Shown here: in pieces, positions 1 to 8,982 of the stretch
How the letters are laid out: the number at the start of each line of letters is the position of its first letter
Position numbering within the stretch: the stretch's first letter is position 1
Assembly: GCA_039915385.1 (NCBI GenBank)
Contig: JBDSNK010000073.1
Coordinates: 1 to 32,459 of the forward strand
Reading direction: 5' to 3'
From: Dokdonella sp.
GTDB taxonomy: Bacteria > Pseudomonadota > Gammaproteobacteria > Xanthomonadales > Rhodanobacteraceae
Length of the DNA stretch: 32,459 bases
Notes under the pieces: model-generated
Seen by the model: the letters and a program-made list of their open reading frames with translations, nothing else
The model's database searches: none
Told to the model about the DNA's origin: nothing
Position numbers and translations under genes: made by a program

Positions 1-2
1 CC

Positions 3-569
3 GTGTTGTTGGCGAACGGCAAGGTGCTGCTCAGTGGTGGGTATAACTCCGGCAACTACTTCATCAGCGCCGAACTGTATGACCCGGCAGCCAACAGCTG
101 GAGCTCGGCGGCGAACATGACCGAAGCTCGCGACGGGCACACCCTCACCTTGCTCGGCAATGCTAGGGTGCTCGCGGTGGGCGGGCCCGGGCAATCCAAC
201 AGCAAACCGGCCACCACGGAGTTGTACGATCCGGCCACGAACACCTGGGCTTTGACCGCCCCGCTCAACACCGGACGCTGGCTGCAGAGTGCAACCCTGT
301 TGCCTGGCGGCAACGTATTGGTGGCTGGCGGCGAAGGCAGCAATTCGGTATTTCTCGCGAGTGCGGAGATTTATAACGCGGGATCCGCCAGCTGGACGTC
401 CACCAACGCGATGATCACGCCGCGCAAGGTATTCGGCGCGACCTTGTTGAACAATGGCAACGTGCTGGTGACCGGCGGCTGGGGCGCGGGTGACAATCCG
501 CTGAAAAGCGCAGAACTCTACGTGGCGGATGATGTGGTGTTTCGCAACGGCTTTGAATCCTCGCCGTGA
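3..569 (+). CDS. Kelch/galactose-oxidase-like repeat beta-propeller protein, C-terminal part (5' end outside window)
   Basis: Repeated 'TLLxxGxVLVxGG...SAELYDP...W' units; ends in DVVFRNGFESSP. Confidence 0.9.
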   Translation: MLLANGKVLLSGGYNSGNYFISAELYDPAANSWSSAANMTEARDGHTLTLLGNARVLAVGGPGQSNSKPATTELYDPATNTWALTAPLNTGRWLQSATLLPGGNVLVAGGEGSNSVFLASAEIYNAGSASWTSTNAMITPRKVFGATLLNNGNVLVTGGWGAGDNPLKSAELYVADDVVFRNGFESSP

Positions 570-850
570 CTGTGCGGCCCTGATTCATTTTGTTCCAGGC
601 CCAGCCCACTGGACGGGGCTGGCCATGCAGCCAGGACATCAGTGAGCCAAGTCTCAGCTAGAACCAGGTCTTGGACCGCCATGCAGCGGATCCCGGTTGC
701 GGGCTTGAAAAGACTCTGACTCTCGTCGACCCATCGCTGTCGGTAGAACGCCGATGTGAGCATAGCGGTCCAAACAGGGAACACATTCACTTTTTACCCT
801 TAGCTATGGCCCTACCCCCTTTTCCACAAACATATCGTTCGTAGCTTTTC

Positions 851-1414
851 CTACACGTGGGTGCATGGCTCGGCGGTGGCGCGGACCTGCATCAAGGCAA
901 ACCCCAAAAGATTGAGACCACGCCACAGATTCGGATTGTTCGTCCTGTCATCGTCCTGGGCGAGGCCGATTCCCCAGATCCTGTCGACCGGACTCGCCTC
1001 GACGAGAATGCGTGATCCGGTTTGCACAAGAAATCGTCGCAGTTCAGCGTTTTGCGAAAACTTCGCTTCGTTTGCTCGGACAACGATAGCAAATCTGTTT
1101 TTCAGCCAAATGTTTTCATCGAATCCCTGCACCTGCCGGCCCAACGCTTTTGCCGCTTCTGGAGTTGCCGCCTGAAGCACACGCTCCCGCGTTGCATGAT
1201 CTCCAAACAATGACGCTTTTTGCGCCATCATGAAGTGCTCCGCCGTCGGATAGAGACTGCCGTCCACAACGAATGGAGCGCCATACCACTGACTGAGGCA
1301 TGATGCGGAAACACCGTTCTTGCCCGGTTCGTCTCCCCAGAAGTAAACGAATTCAATCTCTTCCCCGGCATTGAAGCGGCTACGAAGATCATCTAGATAG
1401 TGCGCGTCCTGCAT
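851..1414 (-). CDS. NADAR family (YbiA-like) protein
   Basis: Motifs CLSQWY, YPTAEHFMMAQKA, AKFSQN, LVEASPVDRIWGIG, WRGLNLLGFALMQVR. Start moved to the ATG at 1414, which has GAGGG just upstream. Confidence 0.92.
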   Translation of the reverse strand: MQDAHYLDDLRSRFNAGEEIEFVYFWGDEPGKNGVSASCLSQWYGAPFVVDGSLYPTAEHFMMAQKASLFGDHATRERVLQAATPEAAKALGRQVQGFDENIWLKNRFAIVVRANEAKFSQNAELRRFLVQTGSRILVEASPVDRIWGIGLAQDDDRTNNPNLWRGLNLLGFALMQVRATAEPCTHV

Positions 1415-1624
1415 GATGCCCTCTGCTAGTTCACGTTCAGGCCAAGTGGCCAGCGGATTCGAGAATAGCGAAGCCTGGCGGCGCGGCCAAACCTCGACGC
1501 GTCGCTTCAATGACCGAATGGACATCATGCGAATCATCAAGTGGATTCGATGCACCCGATCGATGCACCAGACAGCTGAGGCACACCCGGCCGGGCGCGG
1601 GTTCGCCGGCAGGGATACAGCTCA

Positions 1625-2419
1625 ATGATGTTCAATCCTTCCACGCCACCCGTTGCAGGCCTGAAACGCGCTGCACACGTGTTGGTGACGGGTGCGAGTT
1701 CGGGTATCGGTCTGGGTCTCGTGCGCGAACTGGTCGTCAATCAGCACGTAGCGACGGTGACAGCGGTGTCCCGCCACGCCGGCGCCAATGAGGCTCTCGC
1801 CGAACTGGGTAGCCGATGCGATCGCGATCGGTTGCACACGATCGACGCGGACCTCACCGACGAGACCGCCACCGCCGCAATGGTCGAACGCGTGCGTGCT
1901 CGCCACGACCGGCTGCATCTCGTCGTCAACGCCGCGGGCATGCTTCATGATGACGCTTTGCGCCCCGAAAGGTCGATCAATCAACTCACTCTCGACGCGC
2001 TGCAACGCTCGTTCGCGATCAACGCGTTCGCGCCGATCCTGCTCGGCCGCGCGTTGATGCCGCTGCTCGATCGCGACGAAGGTTCGGTATTTGCATCGAT
2101 CTCGGCACGGGTCGGATCGATCGGCGACAACTGGCTCGGTGGCTGGTACGCCTATCGCGCGGCCAAAGCCGCGCAGAACCAGTTGATCCGAACGTTCTCG
2201 ATCGAACTCTCCCGTCGCAACCCGAAAGCCTGCTGCCTGCTGCTGCACCCAGGAACCGTCGATACGCCGTTGTCGGTGCCGTTCCAAACCAATGTCCCCG
2301 CCGAAAAGCTGTTCAGCGTCGAGCGCGCCAGCCAGCAACTGCTCCAGATCATTGCCGCCTGCACGCCAGCAGACAGCGGCCGCTTCATTGCCTGGGACGG
2401 GCGTGACGTCCCGTGGTGA
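1625..2419 (+). CDS. Short-chain dehydrogenase/reductase, C-factor (CsgA)-like subgroup
   Basis: TGASSGIG Rossmann motif, NAAG, SARVGSIGDN..GGWYAYRAAKAA (YxxxK), LHPGTVDT. Confidence 0.93.
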   Translation: MMFNPSTPPVAGLKRAAHVLVTGASSGIGLGLVRELVVNQHVATVTAVSRHAGANEALAELGSRCDRDRLHTIDADLTDETATAAMVERVRARHDRLHLVVNAAGMLHDDALRPERSINQLTLDALQRSFAINAFAPILLGRALMPLLDRDEGSVFASISARVGSIGDNWLGGWYAYRAAKAAQNQLIRTFSIELSRRNPKACCLLLHPGTVDTPLSVPFQTNVPAEKLFSVERASQQLLQIIAACTPADSGRFIAWDGRDVPW

Positions 2420-2555
2420 GAGCCCAGCGAAGAATGCGATCAAGCGCAGAGCACCCTCGGCTTGCTGCTTGAAAGAAGTGAACTTGACCCCGATCGAATC
2501 CGATCCTGATCGAAACCAAGTTCCGGCTCATCTGAAAAATACGGGAGACGCGACC

Positions 2556-3311
2556 ATGGGCCCACGAAGCTACCTGACCTGCACGCTCGCAGCGATCGGA
2601 GGACTTGTTGGCCCCACTTCCGGTTTTTGCCTTTCCGTCGCACATGCCCCATCACAGGAGGGTATCTGCGATCCGCGGGGCCCCGCGCCAGAGGAGCCGG
2701 CGTGGTCCGCAACCGTGAAGAGTGATCCTGCACGTGTCCATTTCCTGAAGTCCCGAAGCCAAGATGCGCAATGTCCGTCCGCGGAGGTTGCCTGCAACGA
2801 CAAGGGCTATCTCGTTTCCGGCGACAACGTACTTGCCTGGCGGCGAACCACCGATTTCGTTTGCGCGATGTACACCTCAAAGAAAGGCAAGGTGACCGCG
2901 GGACACTTACGAGCCGGCGCGCTGGATTTTCACGGCTCCGGAACAGTTCCGACGGTCAACGACTGGGTCGGCCACTGGGTGCGCGATGACCAGGCAGACC
3001 TGCACATCCGACGTCTGGACAGTCGCCGCATCGAAATCGAAGGCGATGCCTCGTGGGGCGGACACGATCCAGCGCGCGTCGATAACGGAGGCGTGCATAC
3101 GGGAGAAATCGAGCGCACCTCCGTGCGCCTCACCGGGTATGCCATCCACTTCGTCGCAGGTCAGGGAAACTCGCCACCTGTGGCAGAAGGTGGATATGAC
3201 TGCATCGTCGACGTGCAGTGGAGAGACGGAGCATTGATGGTCAAGGATGACTTTGGTTGCGGAGGAATGAACGTGACGTTCTCGGGTAGTTACGGGCGAA
3301 CAGAGCCTTGA
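2556..3311 (+). CDS. Secreted Cys-containing hypothetical protein
   Basis: GGGAG before the ATG at 2556; hydrophobic N-terminus; paired Cys; C-terminal 'CGGMNVTFSGSY'. Confidence 0.7.
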   Translation: MGPRSYLTCTLAAIGGLVGPTSGFCLSVAHAPSQEGICDPRGPAPEEPAWSATVKSDPARVHFLKSRSQDAQCPSAEVACNDKGYLVSGDNVLAWRRTTDFVCAMYTSKKGKVTAGHLRAGALDFHGSGTVPTVNDWVGHWVRDDQADLHIRRLDSRRIEIEGDASWGGHDPARVDNGGVHTGEIERTSVRLTGYAIHFVAGQGNSPPVAEGGYDCIVDVQWRDGALMVKDDFGCGGMNVTFSGSYGRTEP

Positions 3312-3869
3312 TCGAAATCACAGGTCCTTCCCCTCCTCGCACCCGCTGCAACATTTGACAGCACTCCCGTGCGCCGAATCGGGTCGAGCTTCATCGCGAC
3401 CACTTCACCATCAAACTGTTGCGCCTGAAACTCGAACATCCACGGCGATGATGCGCAGCGGCACCAGAAGCGCCAGCTCGACACCCTGACCCGCACGCCG
3501 CTGCACGCCGCCGCACGCTTGGGAGCGCGTACGTTCAGGATGCCAGTCGCAATCTGTCAACAAGGAGTCAAGTGGATGTCACGGCAATTGCCGCAGGTTG
3601 TTCGCAGATCATTGGATTGCGGCCAGTTCGCGGGCGCTGTCTCTGGATGAAACGCGGTTGCGGTACTCTCGTCTCTCGGACCGCTAGCCCGCGTAAATTC
3701 CTTCACATGGGACAGTGGGCAAGACCCACCAATACGTTTTATCGCGAGAAACGGCCATGCATCGAGGTCACCAAAGCCAGACCACGACGGCGAACGATTC
3801 CTTGCCGCAAGTCGACGCGCACCGATCACCCACCCGTTTCGCCCTGGCCGCTCGCTGAACCCGCCACCC

Positions 3870-5507
3870 ATGTTCCGCACCCGAAAAATCCTCATCTTCT
3901 CGACCCTGGTGGCTATTGCCGGAGTCGTGGTGTTGTTCGTGGCGGTCGCGGCGCTGTTGTGGCAGGAGTCGATCTCGTCCGAGGAAGCGTATGCGGGTGG
4001 TCTTGCGGCGTCGCTTGGGCAGTCGACCGAACGCCTCATCGTCGACACGCGCGACATGCTGGATGCGTTTGACAAGTTGCCGGACTCGCGCTGCTCGAAG
4101 GAACATCTGAGGGCGTTGGAGGAGGCGGCGATTTCGCGCCCCTATGTCCGTGCGATCGGATACTGGCAGGCGAACGATCGGCTCTGCGGAGTTGGTTTCC
4201 TCGCGCAGGGTGTGCTCAAGCCGGCGCACGCGGATCACATCTACAACAGCGGCGTGATCGCGTGGTGGCCGAGTCCTCAGACGCAGGTCGGCGACGTGCA
4301 GTTGTTCCTGATGCGCCACGGCGACCACGATGTGGCGATCGATCCGCGCATGCTGCTCGGCAGCGCAACGATGAAGGATCGGCAAGCAGCATTGTGGGTC
4401 GAGAATTTGCGCCTGTCTGCAATTCCTTGGGATGCGACGCTGCCCGCGCCAAGTACGCTGCCGATCGGCGTGAGTGTCGATCGCGAGCACGGCCAGGTAA
4501 TCTCGCGCTACTCGCGCAATGCGATCCTGCCGATCGACATCGTCGCGCGCGAGCCACTCGACAATTTCATCACGCGCCATGCGCAGATGCTCGCGATCGG
4601 CACGAGCCTCGGATTGCTGTTGCTGTTCGCGTGGATCCACTTCATGACGCGCATCTCGCGCAACCGGCTCAGCATGACATCCCAGCTACGTGAAGCCCTC
4701 GCCGCAGGCCACATATGGGTGCAATACCAGCCGGTCGTCGATCTCGCCTCGCGGCGCTGCATCGGCATGGAGGCACTCGCCCGCTGGAAACGCGCCGATG
4801 GCGATGCGGTAAGCCCGAGCGTGTTCGTGCCGGTCGCGGAAGACGGCGGCTTCATCCACGAAGTCACGCGTGCCGTGATGCGCATCGTCGTGCACGACCT
4901 GCAGCGCATCCTTGCCGAATTCCCCGATATGAGCGTCAATATCAATCTCGGCGCGGGCGATCTCAAAAACGATTCGACCGGCCGCGAACTGACGGCCACT
5001 CTGGCCCTGGCGCGGTTGCCGGCCGGCAGTGTAAAGCTCGAGATCACGGAGCGCGCACTGCTCAACACCGAAGTGTCGCGCTCGCTGATTCGCAACCTGC
5101 GCAGCATGGGCCATCAGGTGGCGGTGGACGATTTCGGTACCGGCTATTCGTCGCTGTCGTATCTGCAATCGTTCGAGCTTGACCTGCTCAAGATCGACAA
5201 GACGTTCGTCGACGCGATCGGCACCAAGGCCGCCACCAGCCACGTGGTCACGCACGTGATCGAAATGGCGCGTTCGCTCAATCTCGCCACCGTAGCCGAG
5301 GGCGTCGAAACGCCGGCGCAGCGCGACTGGCTGATCGAGCATGGCGTGCTGTTTGGGCAGGGTTATCTTTTCAGCAAACCGCTGTCGATTGAGCATCTGC
5401 TCAACTACCTGCGCGCCAACAATCCATCCGATCCCGACTCGGTCGGGTTCGTCTCGACGTTCGATCTGGATACGACGACCCATGCCACGACCACCCGCGC
5501 AACGTAG
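3870..5507 (+). CDS. Membrane c-di-GMP phosphodiesterase (CSS-like periplasmic sensor plus EAL domain)
   Basis: Two TM segments flank a periplasmic region with two Cys (RCS, LCG). EAL motifs YQP, EALARW, LEITE, DDFGTGYSSL, KIDK, AEGVET, QGYLFSKP are intact. Confidence 0.92.
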   Translation: MFRTRKILIFSTLVAIAGVVVLFVAVAALLWQESISSEEAYAGGLAASLGQSTERLIVDTRDMLDAFDKLPDSRCSKEHLRALEEAAISRPYVRAIGYWQANDRLCGVGFLAQGVLKPAHADHIYNSGVIAWWPSPQTQVGDVQLFLMRHGDHDVAIDPRMLLGSATMKDRQAALWVENLRLSAIPWDATLPAPSTLPIGVSVDREHGQVISRYSRNAILPIDIVAREPLDNFITRHAQMLAIGTSLGLLLLFAWIHFMTRISRNRLSMTSQLREALAAGHIWVQYQPVVDLASRRCIGMEALARWKRADGDAVSPSVFVPVAEDGGFIHEVTRAVMRIVVHDLQRILAEFPDMSVNINLGAGDLKNDSTGRELTATLALARLPAGSVKLEITERALLNTEVSRSLIRNLRSMGHQVAVDDFGTGYSSLSYLQSFELDLLKIDKTFVDAIGTKAATSHVVTHVIEMARSLNLATVAEGVETPAQRDWLIEHGVLFGQGYLFSKPLSIEHLLNYLRANNPSDPDSVGFVSTFDLDTTTHATTTRAT

Positions 5508-6240
5508 TGCGTTTGACTTCATCGCGATGGGCGCGCTCTGCGCGATCGTGCTTGCGCTCGCCGCCTGTTCCAAGCCTGCAATCCGGCCTGATGCGCCGGT
5601 GCCCGCATCGATCCCGTCGAAGCCCTCGCCGCTTCCGCCCGCCCATTCCGCGAAGCCGAAGACCGCGCCGGGCGTCGCGCCGACCAAGGGTCCGATCGTA
5701 CTCGGCGAGCGCGCATTCGACGAAGGAAAACGCCGCATCAAAGCGGCGCTCGCGAAGGATGCGGCGGACGCGTTGTCACCCGAGGAGGTCGGCTACTACA
5801 TCGACGTGCTGCAGGGCCGCCTGAAGGAAGTCGCGAGCAACCAGGTCGGTATCGTTGTCGGCCGACAAGGCAACGACCTGATCCTCGATCTCTCCGCGCG
5901 CCTCGACTTCGATGCCGGCAGTGCGGTCATTACTCCCGCCATTCGCGAGATGCTCGCGCCGATCGCGAAGGTGCTCGTCGAGTACCGCATGATGCTGGTT
6001 GCCGTGAAGGCGTCACCGGATGATCTGGCTGACGGCGAACCCGATATCCGGTTGGTCGAGCAGCGCGCGCTCGCCATCGCACGACACCTCGCAGGCGCCG
6101 GCGTCGCACCGTCGCGCATCGTCGTCGCAGGCTCATCGGCAACCAGGCTGTCGGATTCACACACGTTGCCCGAGACGCGCACGCACCTCGAAATTCATCT
6201 CGAACCGATCATTCGTGTGGCAGATGCTGCGCACTCGTAA
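5482..6240 (+). CDS. Lipoprotein with degenerate OmpA-like C-terminal domain
   Basis: Lipobox LAAC, Pro-rich linker, 'FDAGSAVI...EQRALAIARHL..AGVAPSRI'. Start is 5482 or 5527; the former overlaps the EAL stop. Confidence 0.75.
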   Translation: MPRPPAQRSAFDFIAMGALCAIVLALAACSKPAIRPDAPVPASIPSKPSPLPPAHSAKPKTAPGVAPTKGPIVLGERAFDEGKRRIKAALAKDAADALSPEEVGYYIDVLQGRLKEVASNQVGIVVGRQGNDLILDLSARLDFDAGSAVITPAIREMLAPIAKVLVEYRMMLVAVKASPDDLADGEPDIRLVEQRALAIARHLAGAGVAPSRIVVAGSSATRLSDSHTLPETRTHLEIHLEPIIRVADAAHS

Positions 6241-6561
6241 CCCCCGTATCAGGGCTGAGCGGATCGCGTGTGCGCACGGCACAAAACGAATCGAACGGAT
6301 TCAATATTTCCGTGAATCCACCAAGCGCGTCACGGATCGCAGCGCTTCTTCAGCGCCGACACCTGAAATGACGTCACGCTGTTGCCGTTGTCGGTCGTCC
6401 ACGCACCCGCTCCGACGATTGATTTTCCAAACGACGTCAGGCGCGCGGCCCAGACAACGGATCCATCGGCGAAATTCAACTGGATGGCTGTTTTGCTGTA
6501 TGGCCACCAGCTCGCCGTCACGCTTTTCTGAAGGCGCTCTCACGAGATCAATGCATCGATC

Positions 6562-6880
6562 GCATCGCAGCTGAAGCCCCTCCCACTGAGGCGCGGTCGC
6601 CAAATCGCAATCGTCTAGATGCGGCCGCCGCGGCACCGAGCAAACATCATCCCCACGCAACTCTGCCCTTGTAGGGGAGGACTTGAGTGCGTCGCTTGCT
6701 GTGTAGTCGGGATCTGCGGAGCACGCACTTCTTTGCTGGAGCGGCTTCAGGCGCGATGCTTGACGCGGAATGACTCAGGCGAAACCACCCCCGCCCAACT
6801 TTCCACCTTGAAGGGGGAGGGCCGAAGCGCGTTGCGTTGAAGTCCTCCCCTTCAAGGGGAAGTTTTAGCTGGGGATGGTG
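6562..6880. repeat. Degenerate REP cluster between convergent genes
   Basis: gcatcgcagctgaagcccctcccac (~6562-6586), inverted ggagcggcttcaggcgcgatgc (~6738-6759), and a second family, ccaccttgaagggggaggg / cctccccttcaagggga...ggggatgg (~6803-6879). Both families recur at 13404-13714. Confidence 0.75.
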
Positions 6881-6994
6881 TCGCACACTAAGCAACAGGC
6901 ATTGCGGCCTACGCCGCAACCACCCTCCGCTAGCCGCACGTAACGCGGCCTTTCACGAGATCCTCAAATTCAAACCGACCATTGTTCCGCTTCG

Positions 6995-8518
6995 TTATCG
7001 CAGCTTCGCACGAAGGATTGCCGCGGCATGCGCATCTCCGGCGCGCTCTGCGGCCCGCGCGCCGCCGGTCAATGCACCTCGCCGGCCCGGGGCTGCGATC
7101 AGCGCGGCCTGGAATTCGCGCAAGGCATCCTTCGGACGATTGAGTGCGAGCAAAAGCTGCGCGAGTTGTTCGCGCGCGGGCACGATCGGGCCCGGCGTGA
7201 CGGGGAGTTTCTCGAGCAGGTCCTCCTGGTCGGCGGCAGCGCGAAGCTGCTGTACTGCAGCGTTACCCTGCCCTCTTGCTTGCAACTGCCACGCGCGCGC
7301 CGATTCACCCAGCACGTCGGCCTGCGTCGCCCAATAGGTGTTGCCTGCGGCCGTGAGCTGATCGCGACATGCATCAATCTTTGCGATGTCGACGCCGGCC
7401 GCCTCCGGGTGACCGCCGCGCGCACTGCCGATGGCGCGCGCCCAGTAAACGATGGCGGCGACATGCGTTTCTGAGTGCCGCAGCGGTTCGAGCGCGGCGG
7501 CTGCATCCCACCGCTGACGCTCAATCGCAAGGCGCACCGGCATTGCGTTGGCCGCGTAGCCGATCTTGAACTTCGCTGCGGAGAGATCGCCCATCGCGTG
7601 AAGATCGTCGATGACGCGCTCGGCGTCCGCGCTGCGCCCGCGTTGCAGATACGCGTACGTGAGGTAGTCCATCGCGTGCAGCTCTTCGCCGATGTCGCCG
7701 GCCTTGTGGGCAGCCTCGCGCGCGGCGCGGTTCGACGCAATCGAGTCGTTCCAGTAGCCGAGCCGCGTGAAGATGTGCGAGGGCATGTGCAGCGCATGCG
7801 GCGCGGACGGCGCGATCTTCGCGTACGAGCGCGCGGCGGCGAGCCCTTGCACGGCGAGATCGGCGCTGTCGTAGGCGTGGATCAAGTAGTGGGCCAGGCC
7901 GGGGTGCTGCGGATAACGCCGGTACAGAGGTTCGAGGATGTTCGCTGCACGCTTCTGGTTCGCGTGCTTGCGGTCGGTCGGTGGCGCAGTCGCAATCAGC
8001 GCGAGCGCATGGAAAATCTGCGCTTCAACGTCTTCGGGGAATTTTGCGGCGACCTCGGACATCGATTGTTCGTAGGCCTTTGCGCGGACCGAGGACGACC
8101 GGTGTTCCGAATCACGGAAGTACATCGAAGCGGCTTCGATGAACGCGCGCTCGCGTGCCGTCCCGTTGGCGACTTTTTGCGCGCGATCGAGTTCGGATAG
8201 TCCCTTCGCGAGATCTTCGGCGTCTGGCGGACTCCATAACTGATGGAAATACGACATCGCGATGCCCCAGTGCGCAATCGCGCAGTTTGCATCGGCAGCA
8301 GCGACGGTGCGAAACGCTTGCTCGGACGCGTCGTAGGCAAACGAATGCAGCAATGCGAGCGCATGCTCGAACGGTCCCTGCACGCTCGCGGAGCATGAGG
8401 TCGGGAACGTGACCGAGCCGAGCTGGTCCGGACGCGGATGCGCGCGCTCTTCCTCCGCAAACAGCAAACGCGAACCGGCGAGCAGCGAAATCAGCACGGC
8501 GATGTGAGCCCGCTTCAT
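6995..8518 (-). CDS. Secreted TPR-like helical repeat protein with His-rich conserved motifs
   Basis: Signal peptide; 'LGSVTFPTSC', 'ALLHSF', 'HPGLAHYLIHAYD', 'APSAPHALHMPSHIF'; Ala-rich helical repeats. Confidence 0.85.
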   Translation of the reverse strand: MKRAHIAVLISLLAGSRLLFAEEERAHPRPDQLGSVTFPTSCSASVQGPFEHALALLHSFAYDASEQAFRTVAAADANCAIAHWGIAMSYFHQLWSPPDAEDLAKGLSELDRAQKVANGTARERAFIEAASMYFRDSEHRSSSVRAKAYEQSMSEVAAKFPEDVEAQIFHALALIATAPPTDRKHANQKRAANILEPLYRRYPQHPGLAHYLIHAYDSADLAVQGLAAARSYAKIAPSAPHALHMPSHIFTRLGYWNDSIASNRAAREAAHKAGDIGEELHAMDYLTYAYLQRGRSADAERVIDDLHAMGDLSAAKFKIGYAANAMPVRLAIERQRWDAAAALEPLRHSETHVAAIVYWARAIGSARGGHPEAAGVDIAKIDACRDQLTAAGNTYWATQADVLGESARAWQLQARGQGNAAVQQLRAAADQEDLLEKLPVTPGPIVPAREQLAQLLLALNRPKDALREFQAALIAAPGRRGALTGGARAAERAGDAHAAAILRAKLR

Positions 8519-8982
8519 GGCAGTTTTCCCTCAACGTGAGGAGGACACGGTACCGCGGCCCTCGACGGTACTCCAGTAGATGATGAGGCATGGTCCGAGA
8601 GACTCTCCCGGTGGTCGAGAACAGTGAGCCTGTGATCCCGAAATTCCGGGCACAGGGCATGGCCGCGGGATACTTCTCCCACTATGGAAAATCATGCGTC
8701 TTCGGGTTTCGCCGTGAACTTGTGCGCCCTTCATCGCGCGGCGCCGGACAGCGCAGATGTCCTGCTCGGACGGGTGAACGACCTACATCAGGAACCTCTG
8801 GCAGCCGTCGAATTTCATCGACCGGACGGGATCGAATGCTCGCGGCTATCGGCAAGCAAGCGCTTGCCGATAGCCGCGCAACAACGCGCATTTTCCACTC
8901 GACGACGGATCATGTCCAAGTTTCGCGAAAAAACACGTTTCTTGTAGTTGGCCCGCCTTGTGTCGTGGTTTGGAAACGCGTC

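Noticed and set aside
518-790. 90-aa minus-strand ORF in the gap after the kelch gene
   Set aside because: It overlaps the kelch 3' end and has no recognisable motif or RBS.
8590-8982. Long N-terminal extensions in the ORF track (also from 1555, 2292, 11065, 22660, 24834, 32428)
   Set aside because: Downstream ATGs give signal peptides and/or RBSs. The 32428 extension is antisense IS1182 sequence.
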